28,232 bases of DNA from Bdellovibrionota bacterium. GTDB lineage: Bacteria > Bdellovibrionota_C > UBA2361 > JBGSMV01. Within the stretch, counting starts at the first letter, position 1, and the number at the start of each line of letters is the position of its first letter. A model generated the notes under the pieces. That model ran no database searches, had not been told where the DNA came from, and saw only the letters and a list, made by a program, of their open reading frames with translations. This document shows positions 17,052 through 23,915 of this stretch, one piece after another. The translations under genes were made by a program, and so were the position numbers. The DNA lies in contig JBIKWF010000054.1 of NCBI GenBank assembly GCA_044356455.1, positions 1 through 28,232 on the forward strand, given 5' to 3'.

Positions 17052-17897
17052 TTGGCTGCTTTTAATTCCGGCTTTCGAGGCCCCCGTTTCCCCCGTCGCG
17101 ACGTTCCCCCTGACGCCCATCGTATTAATCACCGCATCCTTGCAAAAGAAGTGCGCGTTGTTTCTGACTCAGGCGAACAGCTAGGAGTCCTCGCGACCCG
17201 TGAGGCTCTCATTCTCGCAGAAAAAGCCGAGCTCGATCTCGTAGAGGTTGCTCCTACCGCCACCCCTCCCGTATGCCGCATCATGGACTACGGCAAGTTT
17301 AAGTACCGCGAGCAAAAGAAAGAAGCGGAAGCGAGGAAGAAGCGCACCGAAACCACCACCAAAGAATTGCGTCTTCGCTACATCACTGACGTAGGCGATC
17401 TCGAGACCAAACTAAAGCAAGCGCGGGAATTTCTCGCCGAGGGAGACAAAGTTAAGTTCTCCATGCGATTTAAGGGCCGCGAAATTGCGTACCTCGATCT
17501 CGGAAGACAGAAGTTTGATCTTCTGGTTGCACGCCTATCGGATGTTGCAATTATCGATGAGCGCTCCTCCACTTCAGGCCGAATGATCCACATCGTATTT
17601 GCGCCCTCGAAGAAGAAGCCGGGCAGCCCGCCTGCTCCGAACACGGCAGCTCCAGGAGCCAAAGCTGGTGCGCCCGCAGGGCAAGGAGCCGCTGCGCCGA
17701 AGCTCGCTCCGAAGCCTTCTGCAGCACCCAAGCCAGCACCGGCCGCTAAGGCCGTGGCTGCAGGTTCCATGACTGCAGGTTCCATGACTGCAGGTTCCAT
17801 GACTGCAGGGTCTATGACTGCAGGAGAGGCAGTGAGTTCTGAGGCCTCAGCGACTAACAGCGCTGACGCACAGAAGCCAGCGGGTGCTGCGAAGTAG
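17052..17897 (+). CDS. infC: Translation initiation factor IF-3 with long low-complexity C-terminal tail
   Basis: RINHRI...LDLVEVAPTATPPVCRIMDYGKFKY...GDKVKFSMRFKGRE. Non-AUG (TTG) start 9 nt after GGAG. Confidence 0.95.
   Translation: MAAFNSGFRGPRFPRRDVPPDAHRINHRILAKEVRVVSDSGEQLGVLATREALILAEKAELDLVEVAPTATPPVCRIMDYGKFKYREQKKEAEARKKRTETTTKELRLRYITDVGDLETKLKQAREFLAEGDKVKFSMRFKGREIAYLDLGRQKFDLLVARLSDVAIIDERSSTSGRMIHIVFAPSKKKPGSPPAPNTAAPGAKAGAPAGQGAAAPKLAPKPSAAPKPAPAAKAVAAGSMTAGSMTAGSMTAGSMTAGEAVSSEASATNSADAQKPAGAAK
17758..17824 (+). repeat. 15-bp coding tandem repeat (AGSMT)x4 in infC
   Basis: CTGCAGGTTCCATGA x3 perfect, a fourth copy CTGCAGGGTCTATGA, and a partial fifth. Confidence 0.95.
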
Positions 17898-17964
17898 CCC
17901 TGACGAACCCTGAGGACGAAATCGAAACTCACTTTCCTTATCGAGGGAACCCACTCTGAAATAT

Positions 17965-18050
17965 TTCCCCTCCGCACACTCTGCGTCCCCGGCTCCTTGT
18001 TTTCCAATAGTTTTTTAGTAACGCGGAGGACGCTGAGTACGCGGAGGGAA
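17965..18050. repeat. REP-like tandem-9-mer inverted pair
   Basis: TTCCCCTCCGCACACTCTGCGTCC ... TAACGCGGAGGACGCTGAGTACGCGGAGGGAA, an imperfect inverted repeat after infC. Confidence 0.7.
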
Positions 18051-18153
18051 AACAGGATAGAAGTAGAACGATTTCTAGGTTTTTTAGAGGTTCCCAAGGC
18101 GAGGGCTCTATTCGGAGCGAGAGGCAGAGTCTGTCTCAAAGGTGGAGTATTTT

Positions 18154-19458
18154 ATGGGTTCAATTCATCCTCCAAAGATTCCCGAACGCTCGGGTCACAA
18201 TAAGGGATTCAATGCCCGCAGCCTTATCAAAAGCATCTTCGACGCGCCGAGTCCTGAAGAAGCAATTCGTGCCGTACCTCCCCAAAGCCTTTTCCTCGCA
18301 ATTCGGCAGTCCGGACTTAGCGCCTCGAGCGACCTGATTGAAATAGCCACTCTCGACCAATGTCGTCTTATCATCGACTTTGACGTCTGGGAAAAAGATC
18401 GCTTCCAGGAAGAGAGATTCTGGGAATGGCTTGCGCTAGGCGACGATGAAGATGGACTTAAGATACTTCAAAAAATCCTGCAGTGCGTTGATTTGAAGCT
18501 CCTGAGCCTCATGATCTCACGGCACGTAGATGTGTTTTTCTCCGAAGACGCCACAAGCTCCCCACCTTCCGCTGGCTATTTTACCCCCGACAATGGCGCC
18601 ACGTGGCTCTTCCTAAAGCTCGAGGACGGCACCCAGCACTTCTTGTTCGGGCGACTCCTTGCGATGATTTTTGAGACAAACGCGGAACTCTTCTATCAAC
18701 TACTCTCCGTCCCGAATGTGGCAACTGAGTCTATGCTCGAAGAAGATTCCTTTACCGAACGCAGCAAGCGTTTAGGGTCTGAGGGAATCCCAGATATCGA
18801 ACTTGCCGCAGAAATTCATAAACCTCTTCCCACCTCAGAGCTTAAAGCTGCCTTGTCGCAATCCCCTGAATCCATCGCAACAAGAGAGCTGCACGCGGTA
18901 GAGCCTCTCATTTATGACACGCTTACACCCCAACCGCTCTCGCGCATACTCGCCCTCCCCCAAATGAGAGATCAGCTTGAAGCTGAGATATCCTACCTGA
19001 TGAACGGCGCGATTGTTTATTTTGGCGCGGACTTCGGCGATATCGCCCAAGTACTCCTGACTTCTGAGCACGTAAAAGGGATATTGAATATCGGTCTTGA
19101 GTCGGCAGCAGAGCAGCTCGGCATCTCGCCGGAAGAAGCGTATCGACAACTGGGCCTTAAAGGGATGTATCGCCATGGGCTATCTTTAGTAATGAGCCTC
19201 AGAACAAAAGCCTCTCGTGTACTGAAGCAGAGCACCTCCCTAGAAGCGACGGATCCTGCCGCAGTGGTCCTAGAGTCACTTACCAAAAAGATCCCTCAGG
19301 TCCCCCGATTTTTTCTTGAGGAAGACGCCTTTCAAGACACTCCAGCAGCCCAAAGGCAAAGCCTCGAAGTAACCCCCTCTGCCATCATGGATAGGCAGAC
19401 TCTTTTAAAGGTACACGCATTTCTGGACGCGATCTCCGCGCAGCCGGACCCGCACTAG
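18154..19458 (+). CDS. Conserved hypothetical protein, DUF6178-like
   Basis: Motifs PQSLFLAIRQSGL, QCRLIIDFDVWEKDR, YFTPD, RL..EG.PD and LNIGLE, recognised from memory as DUF6178-like. GGAG precedes ATG 18154. Confidence 0.7.
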   Translation: MGSIHPPKIPERSGHNKGFNARSLIKSIFDAPSPEEAIRAVPPQSLFLAIRQSGLSASSDLIEIATLDQCRLIIDFDVWEKDRFQEERFWEWLALGDDEDGLKILQKILQCVDLKLLSLMISRHVDVFFSEDATSSPPSAGYFTPDNGATWLFLKLEDGTQHFLFGRLLAMIFETNAELFYQLLSVPNVATESMLEEDSFTERSKRLGSEGIPDIELAAEIHKPLPTSELKAALSQSPESIATRELHAVEPLIYDTLTPQPLSRILALPQMRDQLEAEISYLMNGAIVYFGADFGDIAQVLLTSEHVKGILNIGLESAAEQLGISPEEAYRQLGLKGMYRHGLSLVMSLRTKASRVLKQSTSLEATDPAAVVLESLTKKIPQVPRFFLEEDAFQDTPAAQRQSLEVTPSAIMDRQTLLKVHAFLDAISAQPDPH

Positions 19459-19571
19459 GAGTGTGTCCCGTAGAAACATAAATCCTCATTTTGGACACAA
19501 TCCGTAGGGGGGCTGTCCCGTTGCCACCACAACATGTAGTGGTAGAGTTTTTCTACGGGACAGACTCCTAG
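19455..19571. mobile_element. Miniature inverted-repeat element (MITE), IS5/IS1182-like ends
   Basis: CTAG-GAGTGTGTCCCGTAGAAA ... TTTCTACGGGACAGACTC-CTAG: 18-bp TIR with one mismatch plus CTAG on both sides; 109-bp non-coding core. Confidence 0.8.
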
Positions 19572-19588
19572 AGAACCGCTGAAAATTT

Positions 19589-19659
19589 ACCTCTGTGTAC
19601 CTAAGTGTCCTCTGTGGTGAATTTCTTTACGGAAATTTCACCACAGAAGACAGAGAGGT
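19589..19659. repeat. REP-like tandem-9-mer inverted pair
   Basis: ACCTCTGTGTACCTAAGTGTCCTCTGTGGTGAATTTC ... GAAATTTCACCACAGAAGACAGAGAGGT, between convergent genes. Confidence 0.75.
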
Positions 19660-19679
19660 GGATTAAGAATGGAGGTACC

Positions 19680-20234
19680 CTATTTCTTTCCGCCTTTCTT
19701 GGCGCCCTTCCCGGCATCCTTCTCTGCCGCGGCATCTGCAGCAGGCGTCTCCACAGGTTTGATTACTGTACAGGTAGGCTCACTCACCTTCCCCTCAGCG
19801 CAAGTGCCCTGCTGAGCCTTACAATCGCTCTCAATCGCCTCCTGTAGCTTGGTGCGAGCTGCAAACTGAAGCTGTTGCATCAAGCCTCCATTTTTTGCGA
19901 ACTTGGTAGCAACGCAGGCCGAAAGATTTTCGTGGCGCTCACGACACAGAGCAACGGCTTCTTGTCTTGAAAGTATTAAGCGCTGCGCGAGCGCCTCCTT
20001 AACAGGTGCTTCCTCCGGTCCTCGCGCTTCCTCTTGCTTCACCACAAACGACTCCTCTGCGCTTCCCCTCTTCAGGTTATAGCTGACGTCAGCACGGCAA
20101 GTTGCCTGTGCGAAAGCGCACGCCAAAGGACAAACAAGCGCCAACGCGAAGGCAATTCCGGCCGGCATTGCCAGGCTAAGGCACCGAAAGGCTGAATGTT
20201 TTTGTGGCGCGCCTGAATTCACTGAACCCCTCAC
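19680..20234 (-). CDS. Hypothetical exported Cys-containing protein
   Basis: Signal-peptide-like segment ending AFAQA, six Cys in the mature part and a Lys/Gly-rich tail. Start uncertain. Confidence 0.7.
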   Translation of the reverse strand: MRGSVNSGAPQKHSAFRCLSLAMPAGIAFALALVCPLACAFAQATCRADVSYNLKRGSAEESFVVKQEEARGPEEAPVKEALAQRLILSRQEAVALCRERHENLSACVATKFAKNGGLMQQLQFAARTKLQEAIESDCKAQQGTCAEGKVSEPTCTVIKPVETPAADAAAEKDAGKGAKKGGKK

Positions 20235-20381
20235 AGAAATCTCAGAAAGATTATTAGATAGTACATGAATTAAATCGGCAGCCCCGCGTCTGAAAGAGAG
20301 AATTAATTAAGAAACTGGAAAAGCAATTCCCAGGCGCAGGTTTTCAAAACCATGTTCTGGCTCAAATAGAGGAGACATACC

Positions 20382-20867
20382 GTGTTTTTGCCCGTTATCG
20401 ACAATGAAGCCTACAACCTCATCGACGCCCCTATGCTTACGGGCACCCCTGAGCGCCGGCTCTTGCTGGCTATGGTCGAGAGGGCAATTTTGGATTTTGT
20501 GGGAAACGACCCTGTTGAGGTGGAAGAAGCAGAGAGCTGGATCTTTGGCGAACTGGAAAGCACCCCCCTACGACCCTTTACCTTTCCTTGGATCTGCCAA
20601 CACCTGGACCTCGATGTGGCGAGTATCGCCCAGACTATTAAGGCGATGCCGCGTCGCGGGAAAAATAGAGTTGCTCCATGGTATTTTAATAAACCCGGAG
20701 CTGCTCCAAAGACTGCTTCATCAAAGAGCGCTACTGCCAGTAATCAAGATTCGACTATCAGCCCCGCAGATTTAAAATCTGGGGGTAGACCTAAACTTTC
20801 GTTAGTGAAAAAGACCTCGGCTAAAGAAGTGGTCACCCAGGATAAATTGGAGCCCGTACTCAGTTAA
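20382..20867 (+). CDS. Conserved hypothetical protein (PERRLLLA...AILD / PFTFxWIC type)
   Basis: GAGGAG SD before GTG. A conserved-looking helical N-terminal domain, a low-complexity tail and a downstream terminator. Confidence 0.75.
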   Translation: MFLPVIDNEAYNLIDAPMLTGTPERRLLLAMVERAILDFVGNDPVEVEEAESWIFGELESTPLRPFTFPWICQHLDLDVASIAQTIKAMPRRGKNRVAPWYFNKPGAAPKTASSKSATASNQDSTISPADLKSGGRPKLSLVKKTSAKEVVTQDKLEPVLS

Positions 20868-20905
20868 GATTTTCCATCTCCCTACACAAGATAGACGTTG
20901 CACGC

Positions 20906-20945
20906 CCGGCATTACCTCCATCCCTAGGTAATGCCGGTTTTTTTT
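20906..20945 (+). terminator. Rho-independent terminator
   Basis: CCGGCATTACCT-8 nt loop-AGGTAATGCCGG followed by T8. Confidence 0.9.
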
Positions 20946-20980
20946 CGGGGGCGACGTAGCGCCTTGAGTGATGAAAAAAT

Positions 20981-21010
20981 AACCACTAAGAACACAGAGA
21001 ACACTAAGAG
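20981..21010 (+). repeat. REP-like tandem-9-mer copy
   Basis: AACCACTAAGAACACAGAGAACACTAAGAG; 28/30 identical to the reverse complement of 22076-22105. Confidence 0.8.
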
Positions 21011-21045
21011 GTAGCGGTTTGCCTTCTTTAGTTCTCAGCAGTTCC

Positions 21046-21690
21046 TTAATGCAACATCTCTGATAACACGCGCGCAGCTGGCTGAGTCGGCTGGGGGGTA
21101 AGGAACTCACGCAGGCGAAGCGTAGCTCCTGTAAACATACCAAGCCTATCGGAAGAACCGCGCCTACGAGAGATCTCCCTTGAGAGCACTTGCGCAAAGC
21201 GCAATCTCCTCGTCGCACCCCCGGCAGAAAGGTAAAGCATAGTCGCAAAGGGAACCGCGAGAGAAATGGCAATCAGAAAGGAGAGTGAAAGCGGCGTTCC
21301 CAAGGTCGCAGCGTAAAGTCCGCTAAGAACTGCACCCAGTAAACCAAGAATACTTACGAGATTCGAAGCGACTCGCTGCCCCCAAGATTGAAGCGCAATA
21401 TACAGACGCTCGTCGGAAACTTCAGGATCAAGAAGATCGTCGAAATATGACTCGAGCACCTCCACAGGAGTGAAGACTACCTCCTCACGAAACAACTTCT
21501 CCGCGCTAACTCCGCGCTGCACCAGAGAGAAGGAACCAAAATGCTCAAGACGAATAAGAGAAGCACCAATCGTTGAGTACTGGACGCGAAGTCGCTCGCA
21601 GCCACCAAAGGGGTGGGACTCGGCACTGGACGTAGGACCTGTGGCAGAACTCGAATCCGCCTGGTCATGTTTAAAAATTGCGTTACTCAC
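21046..21690 (-). CDS. Hypothetical membrane protein (two TM helices)
   Basis: 214-aa ORF with a GTG start after AGGA and a hydrophobic hairpin (LVSILGLLGAVLSGLYAA / LSFLIAISLAVPFATMLYL). Confidence 0.65.
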   Translation of the reverse strand: MSNAIFKHDQADSSSATGPTSSAESHPFGGCERLRVQYSTIGASLIRLEHFGSFSLVQRGVSAEKLFREEVVFTPVEVLESYFDDLLDPEVSDERLYIALQSWGQRVASNLVSILGLLGAVLSGLYAATLGTPLSLSFLIAISLAVPFATMLYLSAGGATRRLRFAQVLSREISRRRGSSDRLGMFTGATLRLREFLTPQPTQPAARVLSEMLH

Positions 21691-21823
21691 AAGTCCTGTA
21701 TCTACCTCAATACCCGAAGAGACCTACCAGCCCTCTCGCAGAGTACCGGAGCAATCTGGATGTCCCTCGCGATCAACTATCGCCGTGAAAGAGACGACAG
21801 CGCTGAGGTCTCAGGTGGAAACA

Positions 21824-21943
21824 TCACCTTCTTCGGGGTTGAGCTCGTACTCGGACTGGAATCGGCTGTGGAGGATTGAGCGAGGCTACCAATCTTCCAA
21901 GCGCTTCAAGCGCGGCTTGCACGAGCTCTTTTATGTTCTTCAT
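21824..21943 (-). CDS. Small 39-aa protein MKNIKELVQAALEALGRLVASLNPPQPIPVRVRAQPRRR
   Basis: Below the ORF-track cut-off. Amphipathic helix plus a PQPIPVRV...RRR tail; extended -10 TGcTACACT 8 nt upstream of the ATG. Confidence 0.65.
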   Translation of the reverse strand: MKNIKELVQAALEALGRLVASLNPPQPIPVRVRAQPRRR

Positions 21944-22075
21944 ACAAGAATAGTGTAGCAAGAAAAGGACCTGGGACTCAGATCCTGTAGTACACTTGTT
22001 CTATCGGTACAGTCCCCACATGTCCGGAGCCAAAATAATCCTGGCTAGATTCAGCCACTTACAGCCAAACCCTAA

Positions 22076-22105
22076 CTCTTAATGGTCTCTGTGTTCTTAG
22101 TGGTT
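22076..22105 (-). repeat. REP-like tandem-9-mer copy
   Basis: CTCTTAATGGTCTCTGTGTTCTTAGTGGTT, followed by a short opposing arm AACCACTAA at 22115-22123, downstream of fumC. Confidence 0.8.
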
Positions 22106-22138
22106 GTTTTTAAAAACCACTAAAAAGGGTTCGCATGG

Positions 22139-23530
22139 CTATAACCCTGGCTTAGTCATCGCCGTCAGATCTAGCACGCGGGAAAGCTCCTCCTCTGAAA
22201 GCACCTTCATTTCACGCGCTACCTGCCTCACCGTCTTGTCTTCCTTGTAAGCAGTCTTTGCGATTTTCGCGGCCAAATCGTAGCCAACCTTAGGCGCAAG
22301 TGACGTGCAAGTCGCGAGACTCTTCTCGGCAAGCTCTAAGCAGCGCTCTGAATTTGCGGTAATTCCCTCGACGCAATTAATCGAGAAATTACGCGAAGCG
22401 CCTGCGAGAAGCTCAATCGACTCAAGAAGGTTATGGGCAATTACAGGAAGCATGGTGTTCAGTTCAAAATTTCCATGCTGACCAGAGATAGTAATAGTCG
22501 TGTCGTTCCCCATGACATGGGCGCACGCCATCATAAGCGATTCGCAAATTACAGGATTTACCTTCGCTGGCATGATGCTTGAGCCAGGCTGCACCTCTGG
22601 AAGCTCAAGCTCAAAGATATTGCAGCGCGGGCCCGAGGCAAGCCAGCGGATATCGTTTGCTATTTTCATTAAAGAAACAGCAATGGTTTTGAGTTGCCCG
22701 CTTAACTCTACCGCTCCATCTTGAGCGCCTTGCGCCTCAAAGTGGTTGCGTGCCTCGACAAATTTCTGGCCCGTGAGGTTATTCATTTCGGCGATGGTGA
22801 GACGAGCAAAATCAGGGTGCGTATTCAGTCCGGTACCCACTGCGGTTCCGCCGAGAGCGAGTTCAAGAATACTCACCTGAGCCCTTCGAATGCGCTCAAT
22901 TCCCATTCTCACCTGCGCCGCATAGCCGCTGAACTCCTGCCCAAGAGTTACGGGGGTTGCGTCCTGAAGATGGGTGCGCCCAGCCTTCAGCACGGACTTA
23001 AACTCCTCTGCTTTCTTAGAGAGCGCCTTCTCAAGACGAGTAAGTGCCGGAAGAAGGGACTCTTCAAGTGCAAGCTGCGCGGCCACATGGATCGCGGTGG
23101 GAATCACGTCGTTGGAAGATTGACATTGATTGACATGATCGTTGGGGTGAATGGCATTTCTATCCCCTCGCGCTTTGCCTAAAACTTCTATGGCCCGATT
23201 TGCGATTACCTCGTTTGCATTCATGTTTGTCGAGGTGCCAGAGCCAGTTTGGAAAATGTCGACTACAAAATGTTTGTCGAGCTTCCCCTCGACCACTTCT
23301 TGAGCGGCTCTCACGATTGCGTTTCCGCGTTCTTCAGAAACCACGCCGAGCTTCATGTTCGTTTTGGCGGCAGCAAGTTTTATGATTCCAAGAGATTTGA
23401 TAAATCCTGGCGAGAATCTCAAATTACTCACGGGGAAATTTAACACGGCGCGCTGGGTAGAGGCCCCATACAACGCTTCCTCTGGAACCTGCATTTCTCC
23501 CATCGAATCGCGCTCTACTCTCGTTCCCAT
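22139..23530 (-). CDS. fumC: Class II fumarate hydratase
   Basis: RVERDSMG, QTGSGTSTNMNANEV, HPNDHVN, GRTHLQDATP, GSSIMPAKVNP. ATG 23530 follows a GGGAGA SD. Confidence 0.96.
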   Translation of the reverse strand: MGTRVERDSMGEMQVPEEALYGASTQRAVLNFPVSNLRFSPGFIKSLGIIKLAAAKTNMKLGVVSEERGNAIVRAAQEVVEGKLDKHFVVDIFQTGSGTSTNMNANEVIANRAIEVLGKARGDRNAIHPNDHVNQCQSSNDVIPTAIHVAAQLALEESLLPALTRLEKALSKKAEEFKSVLKAGRTHLQDATPVTLGQEFSGYAAQVRMGIERIRRAQVSILELALGGTAVGTGLNTHPDFARLTIAEMNNLTGQKFVEARNHFEAQGAQDGAVELSGQLKTIAVSLMKIANDIRWLASGPRCNIFELELPEVQPGSSIMPAKVNPVICESLMMACAHVMGNDTTITISGQHGNFELNTMLPVIAHNLLESIELLAGASRNFSINCVEGITANSERCLELAEKSLATCTSLAPKVGYDLAAKIAKTAYKEDKTVRQVAREMKVLSEEELSRVLDLTAMTKPGL

Positions 23531-23721
23531 ACTGCTGGTCTCCCTTTTCTTACTATCCAAGACAAAAACCGTCGGGCTACTCCCGACGCAGGAAGTTCTT
23601 ACCACTACCTGGCGCGGCGCCAAAGAGCAGGTCGCTCTCTCTTCGCTGCTTCCCCATGCACCGAGAGGACGGCTTCGCCCCCTCCGACAAGGAGCTAAGC
23701 TATGGAGAACGCACCTTAAGT

Positions 23722-23747
23722 TAAAGCCTCAAATAGCGTTCCGATTG
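23722..23747 (+). promoter_or_regulatory. Candidate sigma28-type promoter upstream of HDOD gene
   Basis: TAAAGCCTCAAATAGCGTTCCGATTG aligns without gaps to the flagellin upstream motif. Confidence 0.45.
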
Positions 23748-23915
23748 GGAGCTCAAAGAGCTTCGTAGAAAAGATATTTTTGGGCAGTAATTTTAGCTCC
23801 TTACAAGCTGACAAGTGGTTAAGTTTTCCAAGGCTCCTGTCGACCTTTTCTGTAAGGTAGTTGCCACGTCGTTCGTTAGGCAATCGCCCAGGTTTAATTT
23901 CCTATAAGCGCCTCT

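Noticed and set aside
17758..17824. Repeat array as CRISPR
   Set aside because: Head-to-tail 15-mers without spacers, in frame within infC; no cas genes.
17378..18139. 253-aa antisense ORF over infC
   Set aside because: Shadow of the low-complexity infC frame; no independent protein features.
21470..21958. 162-aa plus-strand ORF
   Set aside because: Antisense to the better-supported membrane-protein gene and 39-aa ORF.
22001..22027. Third sigma28-like site (minus-strand ACCGATAG)
   Set aside because: No TAAAG-like -35 element at the expected distance.
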